Source: Octopus vulgaris (lineage: Eukaryota). Taken from it: a DNA stretch of 64,000 nucleotides. The notes below the pieces were generated by a model. It worked only from the letters and a program-made list of their open reading frames with translations, was not told the DNA's origin and made no database searches. Both the position numbers and the translations under genes were made by a program. The stretch's first letter is position 1. Each line of letters begins with the position of its first letter. Positions 49,423 to 63,640 of the stretch are shown here, piece by piece. The stretch spans positions 20,088,001 to 20,152,000 of the forward strand of contig OX597833.1 of assembly GCA_951406725.2 (NCBI GenBank). The letters are read 5' to 3'.

Positions 49423-49670
49423 TTATATATACATACATATATACATATATATATACATACATATATGCACACGTATATATAGACATATACACCCATATAT
49501 ATATGCATATATATCTATGCACAAACATATTTATCTATCTATCTCTCTCTCTATATATGTATATATATTTATATATACATACACATATACATATATATAT
49601 ACATACATATACGCACACGTACATATAGACATATACACCCATATATATATGCATATATATATGTATGCAT
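49370..49670. repeat. ~150 bp tandem duplication of an AT/CT/AC microsatellite mosaic
   Basis: CATATAGACATATACACCCATATATATATGCATATAT-type block occurs twice. Confidence 0.8.
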
Positions 49671-50274
49671 GAATGTGATTAGGTGTGTGTATATAAATAT
49701 AAACACACACACAAACACACATTATATACATATAGATAGAATCACTCCTTCACACATACATACACGCATATATACACGCACATTTCCATGCACACATTAG
49801 TATAAGTAAGTTCAAAGTATAAGTGCAAATGGCCTACCATTTTGGCAGACATGAATAAACTAAGTGCATCTCACCTACAGGAATAAACGGTCAGCTGATG
49901 ACCTAAAACATCAATGATACCCTGCTTCAGCTGCTGTGTAACAGTACAGACTATCACTTGAGTACAGGCTCTTAATAAAAAGGAAACATTATATAATGTA
50001 ATCTTAAATACATTATGTCTAAATGAATGATTGGATGGTCATGGCTGAAATGTCTTTGATCATAGGTTCACACAATCACATTAGACCTGGGAATAAGCTA
50101 CAGCAACTATAGACACACAGGTGCACGTATAGAGTTATGGAAGGATTTGTCTGTATTGTAAGCATGGATGACTACAACATAGAAATGCAACACAAGCACT
50201 GTGTGTTTAAACTCTTGGTTGATGCAATTCATGATAGTGTTACTCAGAAAAGCAGAATAGCTTGATTTCTAAAA

Positions 50275-51024
50275 TATTGGGTTGTCTGGAAAGTCATTGC
50301 TGATTTATAGCAGCTTACCTTTCGACTTATTTTAGAACATGGTTGGGTCCATAAAATAGGATTTGACTACACCTCCATTTAGAGCACAGTTTAAGTTATC
50401 TTTTCGTGGAAGAAGATTTATGTTCCTATAACCTGAATAGCTTGATTTCTAAAATATTGGGTTGTCTGGAAAGTCATTGCCAATTTATAGCAGCTTATCT
50501 TTCGACTTATTTTAGAACATGGTTGAGTCCATAAAATAGGATTTGACTACGCCTCCATTTAGAGCACAGTTTAAACTATCTTTTCGTGGAAGAAGATTTA
50601 TGTTCCTATAACCTGTGTTAATTCTGTAACCCTTTAAAATGGAAGATAAGAAAGTTCATTTTCGGCACTTGATGCTTTGGGAACCAGACAAAAATTGCTG
50701 CAACTTGGCTGGGATGTGTTACTCCACTCTCCATATTCACCAGATATTGCTCCTTCGGATTTCCACTTATTCAAGTCTCTGCAGAATAGTGTTAATGGTA
50801 AAAATTTCAATTCCTTGGATGACATAAAAAGATACCTTGATGAATTCTTTGCCATGAAACCACCTCAATTGTGGGAAGAGGGTATTTTCAAGTTAAAGGA
50901 AAGATGGAAACGCATTGTGCAACAAAATGGTTCATATTTGGTTGATTAAAAATGTAATGACAAGTATTTATCAATCTTTTTCTTTCCTTTAAAAATTGGC
51001 ACGAACTTTCCGGACAACCCAATA
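50275..51024 (+). mobile_element. Internally deleted mariner with a duplicated left end
   Basis: TA-TTGGGTTGTCTGGAAAG ... CTTTCCGGACAACCCAA-TA; MEDKKVHFRHLML joined to LGWDVLLHSPYSPDIAPSDFHLF...NGSYLVD*; 180 bp tandem repeat at 50255-50614. Confidence 0.9.
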
Positions 51025-51158
51025 GATTTTTCATATCTTTCATGATAAAGATAATTTGGAGCTAGGGATAACTAGGTAAACATTTATTTCAGTGTTAGCT
51101 GTCCTTGTTGGCTTGGAGTCAAGATCAGGTTAACTGATTGGGTCCAAGGTATACTAGA

Positions 51159-51796
51159 TACCATATTTGATGATATATAAGACACATTTTTTTGCTCCCA
51201 AAAATTGTCTCAAGAATTCACGCCAGCTGCTACATGCAAAATTGAGCCTTCCATAAGCTCATTTTGTCAATTTTGTCCCTGTCACTCATTACTAGTTTCA
51301 GGCTAGTTTTAATCCAGATAGTCTTTTCTAGCCTGATTTCATAATAATGATATTTACTTAAACATTATTATTACTACTTGTGCTGTAAAAGGAATTATCA
51401 TAACAATGGAATGGCTGAAGTACTTTTGTAACGTTTTGTAAGGTACTGTTAGATCACTTTAAATATTGGTTTCAAATTTTGGCACAAGGCCAGCAATTTC
51501 AGGAGAGGGGGGCTAATGTCGATTAGGTCAACCCCAGTACTCAAAGGGCACTTACTTTATAAACTCTGAGAGGATGAAAGACAAAGTCGACCTCAGCAGA
51601 ATTTGAACAAAGAATGTAAAGACAGACAAAATGCTGCAAAACATTTTGCCTGGTGTGCTAACAATTCTGCCACCTTATAGATTCCTTAAATATTCAATGC
51701 TTTAATGCACTAAAAAACATTTCCCCCATATATGTGCTGTTGAAATTGGGGTGTATATAATGTTCCCATGGGTCTTTTATGCCATCAAATATGATA
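51159..51796. mobile_element. Old Tc2/pogo-like MITE containing a family B SINE (51465-51675)
   Basis: TACCATATTTGATGATATATAAGAC / GTCTTTTATGCCATCAAATATGATA. Confidence 0.55.
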
Positions 51797-52510
51797 TTTA
51801 GTTATTTTAAAAGAAATGGATGGGTGAGGAAATGAAAATGAAGTCTGTATTTTCAACTAATGTTTATATTATTCATTACAAATATTCTCTTTGCTTTAAT
51901 GAACATTTTATTTTTCAGCATAATATTGAAGAAAATACTTAGTCTAAAAGCACTTTCGACACCTAGGAGATAATGTAAGTTTTGAATGTTGCTGAAGTTA
52001 ACATCACTTTTTATCCTTCTGAAGTCAAATTCTGACATTGATTTCATCAACCAAACTTTCCCCAAAAATGTAAGGCTTTGTGCATATTTCACAAATCAAT
52101 AAATTCTCCAAATACCCTAGTATACTGGGTTCTGAATGTTATATTATGCATAAAAAATCTCCACAGATTAAAAAAAATAAATATATAAAGGTGAAACTAA
52201 ATTGTGGCTAGATCTGGAAATATGTTATATATTTGATATTCCAACTCTGCAAATCTTCAAATAACATGTGACATTGTGTGTGTGTATGTTTACATGCACA
52301 TATAGGTACTGATGTGACCATCATTGTCTTCAGTAAAACTCATATGTATCTGTTCATTAATGGTGGCTGTTTCATACTCGAGTTAAAATGTTCATCAGTT
52401 AATTTGATAGCTGAGAAAACTTCTGTGACTGTTTCTTGAAATCCTCTTTTTCATTAGGGGAGGAATATAACTGAACAGAATGTATAACTGGTACTCATTT
52501 GGACAAATGT

Positions 52511-52921
52511 AGGCGTAGGAGTGGCTGTGTGGTAAGTAGCTTGCTTACCAACCACATGGCTCCGGGTTCAGTCCCACTGCATGGCACCTTGGGCAAGTGT
52601 CTTCTACTATAACCTCAGGTTGACCAAAGCCTTGTGAGTGGATTTGGTAGACGGAAACTGAAAGACGCCTGTTATATGTATGTATATATATATGTGTGTG
52701 TGTGTATATGTTTGTGTGTCTGAGTTTGTCCCCCCAACATCGCTTGACAACCGATGCTGGTGTGTTTCCGTCACTGTAACTTAGCAGTTCGGCAAAAGAG
52801 ACCAATAGAATAAGTACTAGGCTTACAAAGAATAAGTCCTGGTGTCGATTTGCTCGACTTAAGGCAGTGCTCCAGCATGGTCATAGTCAAATGACTGAAA
52901 CAAGTAAAAGAGTAAAAGAGT
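52511..52921 (+). mobile_element. Family A SINE, full length
   Basis: Matches the consensus. Confidence 0.9.
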
Positions 52922-53434
52922 GTGATGTTGAGTGGACATAGATTGTAGAATTGACAATATGCAAGTGTCTAAAGAGGTGTTGAGTGAAATGTGTTGGATA
53001 AGCAATATCAACTTATATGAAGTGTAGAGCACAAGAGCATTCAGCTGGACATTAAAAAGTAACAATGAATATGTTTAAACAAATCTAACATGGACATGAA
53101 ACAAATGGACAATACTTGCTGAATGAAAAAAGATTCCTTCTGATGCTAATCGAAGGTATCCACATCATATAAAAGCCGACATAGAGTTGTAAAGAAGTGA
53201 TGAGGCTGGTTTCGGGATTATTATTGTTACAATGAGGATGACAAAGGATTGATGTGTCAGGGATGCTATATCAAATGGCGAGCAGGTCTGTCCAACCAAT
53301 GCTGACATAGAATAATGGATGTTTAACCCTTTAGCATTTAAATCGGTCATATATGTCCCAAATATTCTACATGGTTTGTGTTCAAACCAGCCTTTCACAA
53401 CTATCCTACAATGCCATTCTAAACATAAACATAT

Positions 53435-53606
53435 AGGCGCAGGAGTGGCTGTGTGGTAAGTAGCTTGCTAACCAACCACATGATTCCGGGTTCAGTCCCA
53501 CTGCGCGGCATCTTGGGCAAGTGTCTTCTGCTATAGCCCCGGGCCGACCAATGCCTTGTGAGTGGATTTGGTAGACGGAAACTGAAAGAAGCCTGTCGTA
53601 TATATG

Positions 53607-53637
<31 letters not shown>

Positions 53638-53840
53638 CTGTGTTTGTCTCCCTAGCATTGCTTGACAACCGATGCTGGTGTGTTTACATCCCCGTCACTT
53701 AGCAGTTCGGCAAAAGAGACCGATAGAATAAGTACTGGGCTTACAAAGAATAAGTCCCGGGGTCAATTTGCTCGACTAAAGGCGGTGCTCCAGCATGGCC
53801 GCAGTCAAATGATTGAAACAAGTAAAAGAGTAAAAGAGTA
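53435..53840 (+). mobile_element. Family A SINE, young, inside a piggyBac-type MITE (53323-53948)
   Basis: Matches the consensus with CpGs intact; MITE sequence resumes after the tail. Confidence 0.9.
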
Positions 53841-55250
53841 TTCACATCATCAAAATCTCGAAGCTGCAAGATAATGCATGATTAATTCAAAACAATGTGA
53901 ATAAACAAATGTTACATTTGACAGTGTTATCTGAACGTTAAAGAGTTGGCTGTTGGTCAAGGTGACTTTACTGACATTTTGATTTCTTTTCTTTCTGTGT
54001 GCTTAATATTATCAACCCAGAGACAAGCTAACAGAACTGTTAGAAAAACCAGGCAAAATGCTTAGCAGCATTTTGTCCTTCTTTACATTCTGGGTTCAAA
54101 TTCTGCCAAGGTCAACTTTGTCTTTCATCCTTTCAGGGTCAATAAAATAAGTACCAGTTGAACACTGGGGAGGGGGGGGGTCGATGTAATCGATTTATCG
54201 CCTCCTCCAATATTGCTGGCCTTGTGCCAGAATTTGAAATCAATATTATCAATCCAGAGTTTACAGTACATGGATCAAGGTTTATCCAGAGAACTGGAGT
54301 GAAGTTTACCATCTGGTTTCAGATATGTTGCAATTTCACTGATGTTGCTAACCCTTAGGAAAGGACCTAAACCTCCCAATCATTCACTTCTCATTTCCTC
54401 TAAAAACTCAAAATCCTACAGCTATACCAAGTAATCAATACAATCAATGCTATCAGTCAAGAGTATATAACTAGTTCATATTTATTCTAAAAAGGTATTC
54501 CCACTTACCATTTTAATTCCAGTATTAAATTAAGAAGAGCAAGTAAAATTCTCCAGTAATGAATGGAAACCACTATGAACTACTCCCCATCCATCCTTGC
54601 TCTCTCATTCTCAAAGATTTTTGTTATAATGTGTTTTTTTTTTCTTCTGGCATTTATACTTACATCAGTGCTAACATTGGACTTAACGAACTAAATTTAC
54701 CTCCCTATAGTCAAAATAATATCATGTGATTGACTGACATTCCAATCTATTCCCCATCACCATCACCACTACATCAAATTTTTAGATATTTATGTTGCAC
54801 AGGAATTTCATGACATTATTTTTGGTTATTCTTTACATTAATAACAATACGAACGCTTTATCTATAATTCACTTAGACAAACGTGTGATCAGATATGAGA
54901 GGTGAAATATATTTGCATTCAGTTGTTTTTGTCTTGTTTCTTTTTCAATATTTTCCAATTTATATTTTTCATCGTAATTAATTATTAAAATAGATTACGG
55001 TATTACATATTACAAAACAGTTAAATTAGAGTGAAAATTACTTTAATGAAAATATGACAGCTTTTACAATTCTTCCTACAATGGAACATGAATCAAGCCG
55101 AGTGAACAATGTGGGTCAAAATGGCAACCATGAAATCTGGAACGGCAAGATGAGAGAGTCCAGATAACAGCAGATCGTCGTAGCTGTAGTCATGGTAGTA
55201 GTGATAGTCATGGTGATAGTTGTAGTAGAGTTAAATTCAGGGAAATTGAG

Positions 55251-55481
55251 TTAACCCTTTCGTTACCAACCCGGCTAAAACCGCCTCTGGCTCCGAGTAC
55301 AAATGTCTTGTTTTCATAAGTCTTGGATTAAAATCTTTCATTAAACCTTAGTCACAATTTATGTTCCTAACACTAGCTGAATGATAACTAAGTTATTTTA
55401 CTAAATTCTTTGTTTTATTTAAAGTAATAATTGAAAGAAACACAAAGCATCTCAAAATAAATACAGTAACGAAAGGGTTAA
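55251..55481. mobile_element. Intact piggyBac-type MITE
   Basis: TTAA-CCCTTTCGTTAC ... GTAACGAAAGGG-TTAA: perfect 12 bp TIR and TTAA TSD. Confidence 0.9.
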
Positions 55482-57098
55482 AGTTATTCCTACAGACAGT
55501 GGCAGATTGGCCAGGTTGCCAGCTTGCCTGTTGGCAAGTGGGTCCCTTAGACATTAGAGTCTTTATGCGGGGAGCCATGCTAGTATGTAAGGGACCTATG
55601 AAAAAAAACTTTGGTTTCAAAGAAAATATCTGAAGTCTCAGAGAAAGAATAAAAATTTTAAAAAAACAAATGAAACAATTAAGCAAAGCAGTTTGTCAAA
55701 GAATTCCCTAGGGAGTTAATAGAAATTAAAATATATGATACAGCAGACAGTTAGTCAGTGGTAATAAAATGTAACTAAATTTACATATGTACTAGATTAC
55801 CTATGACCCGTTGGGTCACTGGGAAAGTCTGAGTTTCCCAGCAATGGAGTTTTGTTTTGTGGGTATTTTTTTCTTTTCCAGGTTATTTCGCATGCTTTCA
55901 ATGAATGAGACATCAAAATCACACATAAACAGCTCCTTTCCCCAGAAAAGGAAAGATTTGGCTACTATTTCTTGCATGCTCTGCTATCACGTAACAGGTA
56001 TTTCAGGTCCTTTATTGCAAATAGCTGTTAAGTGGTAGCAGGACGTGCTAGAAATAGCAACCAAATCATTGGAGGTAAGATATGTTGAATGTACTTGAAA
56101 ATAAACCTATGGAAAAAATTACTTCACATTGAGGTTATGAATGGGTCTTTTATGAAATATTTACCATATTTTTAAAGTCGTTTTCACTTTAAAATATTTA
56201 TTGAATATGCCAAAAAAAATTTTTGTAATGGTATTCACTTGAAAATAATTTTTAAAAAAACATTAAAATGTTGTCTGTTTAAAGAAAGCTAAAATATAAA
56301 TACTAACTGTACAAATAACTTACATTTCTGAAATCACTTGAAAATATTTCTAAATGATTAAAATATTGTGCTTAACAAAAGTGAAAATAGAAACATTTAC
56401 TGTAAAAAACAACTTGTATTTTTCCATTGTCAAGTCACTGTGTCTAATCAAAAGATTAGTTTCTTCTCTTTGAGGGTTAAGTTATTTTCGGTGTATTTTC
56501 CCATTATGCACCATTTTAGGGTATTTATACCCTGAAAACCCCTAATAGCTCAACAACCAGTTGTCTGATTTACATGAAACTTGTTTTATTCAGCTCATAT
56601 TCAGGGGAAACTTAATTTGTAGTATTTTCTCATTATGCACCAGTTTGGCTGGGTAACATTGCAAGCAAGCAAGATTCAAGCTCACTTCTAATGTATTATA
56701 GATTAATGCATATATACATATATATATACATACATACATACATACACATGCACACATGCATACACACACACATATGTATATATAACAAAGTAAAATTGGA
56801 AGGTACTGCACAAGTGAAAATATATAGGCAAGAGGATTTGAAAATGTAGAGGTCTTTTAAAGATGTTTATTGACTTGACCGGTTTCACTTTTTTTTAAAA
56901 AAAGATTTTCAAAAGTAAAGTGCAAGGCTTTGTGTAGCCTTTGTGGTGTTAGAAATTAGTTAACACAGATGTATTGAAATACTGTGGTAGAGTCTTTGAC
57001 AATGATAAGAAAATGTTAAGAAATAGAATCTTTGACAATGATAAAAAAATGTTAAGAGAGGCTTTGTGTTTAAACAGTTTATGTAAGTATTGAAAATA

Positions 57099-57227
57099 GG
57101 CAGTGAAATAAGTTCATAATTGTTTATAAGCATATTGTTATATAACTATATTGTTATATTACATATTACTATATTGCTTATTAAGTATTATGATTTCTTA
57201 TAAACAATTATGAACTTATTTACTGCC
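57099..57227. repeat. Foldback: ~31 bp inverted arms around an AT-rich spacer
   Basis: GGCAGTGAAATAAGTTCATAATTGTTTATAAG / CTTATAAACAATTATGAACTTATTTACTGCC. Confidence 0.85.
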
Positions 57228-58759
57228 CAGGTTGATGGGGGGGAAGGTGTTAAAGTTCAAATTTTTTTCATTGCTTACATCCCAGCAATGTGCCACATGT
57301 GTGTTACTTCCGCATCACCATTCCATAGAATGTGCTTATGGGAAGAAAGTTACTGAAAAACGTCCATATATGTGACAGTGACAAAGAAACAAGGAAGGTG
57401 GTTGTAAAATGTGCTAGAAATAACAATCAAATCTCCCTTAAATCATACACCTTTTTGTTTGAAAATATTTGCAATTTTTTTTTACCAAAAAGGCTTCTCT
57501 CATGGTTATAAAAATTATATGATAGTATTGTAGTTGCAGGTGAGCCCCTACCTCAGTCTCCTGACAACCAACATTTTTAGACCCAGTCTGCAACTGCCTA
57601 CAGACGTCCATGTATACTTGACTAGGTACATACATGTGTGTATGTGTGTGTATACACACACACACTCATATGCAAACATACGCACATATATATGCAATTA
57701 CGTAGGTGTAGCATGGACTCACAGTTATGGATTAAGTGTGTGTGAGTAATTTGTTTTGCTTTATGTCTGTATTTTCCAGGTGAATATGGGTTAGACAAGA
57801 CTTGTTAAGGCAAATTTTCCAGTCAGAGGTTCTTCCCACTACCAAGCCTTACCCATTTCCATGTAAATTATTTTTCACTCCACAGGTTCTCATCCTTCAA
57901 AAGATATTTTTTTACTTACTGTAAAGAAACCATTTTCTTTCAACATCAATGAGAACACATGGAATGGCATCCACACACAAACACATACCTATGTATATAC
58001 ATACAGCTACATACACACAAACGTTTAGATATACATACATACCTACAGTCATATAATGAAAGCACTGGCTGGTGTCCAATCATTGAATCTAAGTAATGTC
58101 AAGCTCTGTTTGGAAAACTTGGAAAACCTAAAGGATGTAAGCATTATGTATTAGGTACAGGTATGGCTTTGTGGTTAAGAAGTTCTCTTCCCAACCATGG
58201 GCATGTGTTTTCTCCTATGTCCTTGGGCTAACCAAGGATATAGGAGAAAACAGAGCAGATTTGTTAGATGCAAACTGAAAGAAGATCCTCATATGTGTAT
58301 GTGTTCATGTGTTTGTGTGCATATATATATATATATATATATACATACATGTATGTATGTATCCAAGCAGAGGTAGTGTGATGGGTAAAATCCTAGCTAC
58401 ATATGGTTCTTAGCTAGCTGATCCTCTAATGTAATAATTACTCAATGAGAGGTACTCAACTCAGCTAATCATCAGGCCAAAAATATCTTAATTACATGAA
58501 GGTTACATTGTCACTTGGAATCTCCAGGTTAACTCGCTGCAGATGTGAGTCGAAATGAATAGTGAAGCTGCAAGAACAGAACAAATATTTAACTGGGATG
58601 GATAAGGATAGAGCTTAGCTGAGCCCAAGGTATCAAATTCTTAGTGGATAGTGCCAACTACTGACATACACGGATATATGAATATGCATTTACCCATACC
58701 CCACCACGCACATGCACACACACACTGAGACAAGAGACTACTTGGCTCTGCAACTTCTA

Positions 58760-59139
58760 TATCCAGTTACATCCAAAGAAGAGTGACAGAATGTCTTTAA
58801 AAATGTAGGGTTTTCCACCACATCCAAAGAAGTCAACCTTCTCAACATAACCTTAAATTTGGAAAATTCTACACACAAACAACTCATGAACCCATTGAAA
58901 AACTAAAATATATAAACAAATCCTCAAATCCCCATTGGCATATCATCAGAAATTTAACAGAAACAACTCACTCAAACACTCCCCTTTCTTCAAATGAAAA
59001 GACATGCTGCTAGCAGAAACCCTGTAAAAGTTCACTACCTTGAGACCACAATGTCAAACCAGACCAAAGAATGAAAAAGTCATCTAGTTCAATCCATCAT
59101 GCAACTTGCAACTATCTACTCTAATAGCTAAACTTTTCT
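58760..59139 (+). pseudogene. Penelope-like element reverse transcriptase/linker remnant
   Basis: Frameshifted KEVNLLNITLNLEN, EKLKYINKSSNP..IIRNL and KVI*FNPS..LSTLIAKLF resemble PLE motifs VNFLDVTLNL / YI...SNHP / IWFNPP. Confidence 0.65.
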
Positions 59140-59552
59140 TTTTTCTTTATTGCCCACAAGTAGCTAAACATAGAGGGGACAAAAAAGGACAAAGGGATTA
59201 AGTCAATTACATCGACCCCAGTGCATAACTGGTACTTAATTTATCGACCCAGAAAGGATGAAAGGCAAAGTTGACCTCAGTGGAATTTGAACTCAGAAAG
59301 TAACGGCAGACGAAATACCTATTTCTTTACTACCCACAAGGGGCTAAACACAGAGGGGACAAACAAGGACAGACAAATGGATTAAGTCGATTACATCGAC
59401 CCCAGTACATAACTGGTACTTATTTAATCGACCCCGAAAGGATGAAAGGCAAAGTCAACCTCGGCAGAATTTGAACTCAGAACATAGCAGCAGACGAAAT
59501 ACCGCTAAGCATTTTGCCCAACATGCTAACATTTCTGCCAGCTCGCTGCCTT
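59140..59552 (-). mobile_element. Family B SINE head-to-tail dimer
   Basis: Two units with junction GACGAAATAC-CTATTTCTTT. Confidence 0.9.
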
Positions 59553-59738
59553 CTTTCAAACCCAGTTTCTGTCTCATCACAGACACAGTAGAAGAATAAA
59601 TATGGAAAGTTAAATAAGCTCAATTGAATGAAGATTCTAATATCCATTGAAATGTTTCGTGATTGCATTTTATACACATACACAGCCAAAAGGCATGCAT
59701 GGCTACTCCAAAATTATTTGTTTATCATATTTACTTAT

Positions 59739-60151
59739 AGGCATAGGTGTGGCAATGTGGTAAGAAGCATGCTTCCCAACCACATGGTTCCAGGTTCAGT
59801 CCTATTGCATGGCACTTTGGGCAAGTGTCTTCTAGTACAGCCTAGGGCTGACCAAAACCTTGTGAGTGGATTTGGAAAATTGAAACTGAAAGAAGCCTAT
59901 CATATATCTATGTATATATCTATGTGTGGGGGTCTTTGTTTCTGTGCTTGTACTCTCACCATCACTTGGCAATCGATGTTGGTGTGTTTACGTCCCTGTA
60001 ACTTAGCAGTTCAGCAACAGAAACCAATAGACAAAGTACTAGGCTTACAAAGACTAAGTCCTGGGGTCGATTTCTTGGACTAAAACCCTTTAAGGCAGTG
60101 CTCCAGTATGGCTGCAGTCAAATGACTGAAACAAGTAAAAGAATAAAAGAA
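59739..60151 (+). mobile_element. Family A SINE abutting an inverted copy (60155-60390)
   Basis: Tail-to-tail with only a few nucleotides of spacer. Confidence 0.85.
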
Positions 60152-61499
60152 TATCTTTTATCTTTCTACTTGTTTCAGTCATTGGACTATGGCCATGCTG
60201 GAGCATCACCTTGAAGGATTTTAGTCAAACAGATCAACACCAAATACTTTCCTTTTTTTTTTTTTTTGAGGACTGTTACTTATTCTATCAGCCTCTTCTG
60301 CAGAGCTGCTAAGTTAGAGCGATGTAAACAAACTAACATTGGTATTCAGGTGGTGGGGAGGGATAACAAACACAGACATACACACATAGACATATATAAA
60401 ATTTAAAAAAAACATCCAGCACACTCTATAAAGTGGTTAGCTTTTGGAAGGTCATCCAGCTGTATAGACGAAACCAAATCTGACAGGAACCTGGTGCAGT
60501 TCTCCTGCTTGCCAGCTCTGGTCAAACTGTCCAATGCACACCAACATGGAAATGAATGTTAAATGATGATGATGATGAAGATAATAATGATTATACACAC
60601 ACACATATACACATATCAAACTTATACACAGTTTCCCCTTACCAAACTCACTCATAAGGCATTGGATAGGCCAGGGCTATAATAAAAGATACTTGCCCAA
60701 GATGCCGTACAGTGGGACTGAACCCAAAACCATGTGATCTTCTTAAACTATACATCTGTTCCTGCATCTTATATACAATAACATTACACACACACACAAA
60801 ACACACACACACACTATTCTTCCACCATCTTGGGTCAGTTCTTTTAGCTTTTTTCCACTTCATCTATTGATTATTTTCTTCAGCATTTTTCTCAAAATAG
60901 TTCCATTTTTTTTTCTCTATTTCTTTGATGGCTCTCCAGCTTCTGTAAAAGCTTCACATCTTAAATTTAACAGGACATTTCACTTTAATTTGAGGATTAT
61001 AAAGCTTAACCTTTCTTATCTACATTACTTTGAGAAACATATCTATTACATCCATTGATATTTGACATCAAAAGTAGAGAAACCAAACATTACATATTAC
61101 TTTGTAGTTTTTCACTCCATTTTAAATAGCTTCATATCATCTTTATCATGAACAACATAATAGCTGATTTTTTAAAGCCACACTGGCTTAGACGGGTTTC
61201 TTCATTCAACTATATTTATCATCCTATACTTCATACAAAAAAAAAATGACAGAAAAAATCCACAATTTTTCTTTTTCTTCCTACTACCATCTTTCAGATC
61301 TTTTCATTAGCTAACTAAATCCCTGTAATCTTCTCTGCAAACATCTTTCCCTCTCTGCTCTACATGATGTATATCTGAAATTTGCATACACTTCATTTTT
61401 AAATATTGATTTCTAGTAATAGGCACAAAGCTTCCAAAAGAATGGAAGTCAATGTAGACCTTGGTAGGATTTGTCTACTACTACTATTACTACTACTAC

Positions 61500-61530
<31 letters not shown>

Positions 61531-61813
61531 AATAATAATAATAAAAATGATGCTTTCAAATTTAGTCACAAGGCCAGCAATTGGGGATAGTGGGTGTAAG
61601 TTGACTACATCGACCCCCAGTGCTCAACTGGTATATATTTTATTAACCCCGAAAGGATGAAAAGTAAAACTGACCGCAGTAGAATTTTAACTCAGAACGT
61701 AAAGACAGACGAAATGCTGCTAAGCATTTTGCCCAGCATGTTAACAACTCTACCAGCTTACCACCTTAGCAATAGTAGAAGTAGTAGTAATAATAATAAT
61801 AATAATAATAATG

Positions 61814-61842
<29 letters not shown>

Positions 61843-61845
<3 letters not shown>

Positions 61846-62030
61846 CTTTTACCTGTTTCAGTCATTTGACTGCGGCCATGCAGGAGCACCACCTTTAGTT
61901 GAGTAAATTGAGCCCAGGACTTATTCTTTGTAAGCCTAGTACTTATTCTATCATTCTCTTTTGCCAAACTGCTAAGTTACAGGGACGCAAACACACCAGC
62001 ATCGGTTGTCAAGCAATATTGGGGGGACAA

Positions 62031-62063
<33 letters not shown>

Positions 62064-62215
62064 CGACAGGCTTCTTTCAGTTTCTGTCTACCAAATCCAC
62101 TCACAAGGCTTTGGTCAGCCCAAGACACTTGCCCAAGGTGCCATGCAGTGGGACTGAACCCGGAACCATGTGGTTGGTAGGCAAGCTACTTACCACACAG
62201 CTGCTCCTGCGCCTA
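61843..62215 (-). mobile_element. Family A SINE inserted in (AAT)n inside family B copies
   Basis: Reverse complement of the consensus; AAT runs on both flanks. Confidence 0.85.
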
Positions 62216-63289
62216 TAATAATAATAATAATAATAATAACAATAATAATAATAATCGACACCAGCACACAACTGGTACTTATTTTATCAACACCGAAAGG
62301 ACAAAAGGTAAAGTCGACCTCAGTGGAATTTGAAATTAGAACATTGCAACAGACAAAATGTTGCTAAGCATTATGCCCAGTGCAATAACGATTCTACCAG
62401 CTCGTTGCCTTAGTAATAATAAAAACAATAGTTATTAATAATGGCTGCCAGAAGGGCATGTGTCAATCACAACAACAACAACAACAGCAGCAGCAGCAGC
62501 AATAATAGTGGTCTCAAATTTTGGCACAAGGCCAGTAACGTCCAGTGACAGCATAAGTTGATTACACTGACCCCAGTGCTCAACAGAGACTTATTTTATT
62601 GACCCCAAAAGGATGAAAGGCAAAGTCAGCCTTGATAGACTTTGAACTCAGAATGTAAAGCCAAACAAAATACTGCTAAGCATTTTGTCCAGCATGGTAA
62701 CTGTTCTACCAGCTTGTTCTTGCTGCTGTTGTTGTTGTTGGTGGTGGTGGTGGTGATGAAACTGAATTTCTAATTTAGGTATAGGACCAGCAGATTTGAA
62801 GGGGAGGTTAATCTGTGCTATTAACCCAGTATTTGACTGGTATTCTATCTTGTTGACACTTGAAGCATGAAAAGTAAAGTTGACCCCAGTGAGATCTGGA
62901 CTCTAAAGACAAAAAGCTACTGATCAACATCCTACAATGTACTATCCTTTCCTTTGGAAAACATTGATGTTTTTTTGTTCAAGAAACCATACCAAATCAG
63001 ATTGGAACCTCAGTGTACCATTTTCAGTCAAACCATCCAACCCATGCCAGCATGGAAAACAGACATTAAATGATGATGATGATGATGATGATGATGACAA
63101 CGATGACAACATCACAACTGCTTCATCTTTTTATCTTTTTCTAACCAAATTTCACTGCTAGAAAGAATAACTGAAGGAAAATGAAGGGTGTGTAAAAAAT
63201 CAAATCACAAAAATGTTTCACTTCTGAAATAATGAAGGTAGCTAAATTTACAAGGAGATGGAATTTTTTGTAAAATGTGCAGGCGATTA

Positions 63290-63640
63290 AGTGGATGTGC
63301 GATTAAGAAACTTGCTTCTCTCCCACATGGCCTTGGGTTCAGTCCCACAGCATGGCAACTTGGGCAAGTGTCTTCTACTATAGCTTCAGGCAAACCAAAG
63401 CCTTGTGAGTGGATTTGGTTGCCGGAAACTGAAATGTGTATGTGTGTGTGTGTGTGTGTGCCTGCTTGAGTTTGTCCTTCACCGCAACTTGACAATTGGT
63501 GCTGGTTTGTTTACGTCCCCATAACTTAGCAGTTTGGTAAAAAAAAAAAAGATTGATAGAGAAAGTACCAGTACTAGGGTTTATTTTTTTTTCAACTAAA
63601 CCCTTTAAGGTAATCCAATAACTAATACAAGTAAAAAGAT
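63290..63640 (+). mobile_element. Family A SINE (diverged)
   Basis: GGGTTCAGTCCC, CTTGGGCAAGTGTCTTCTACTATAGC, (TG)n middle. Confidence 0.8.

Noticed and set aside
55081-55167. 28 aa small ORF MEHESSRVNNVGQNGNHEIWNGKMRESR
   Set aside because: No recognisable homology; an ORF of this length is expected by chance
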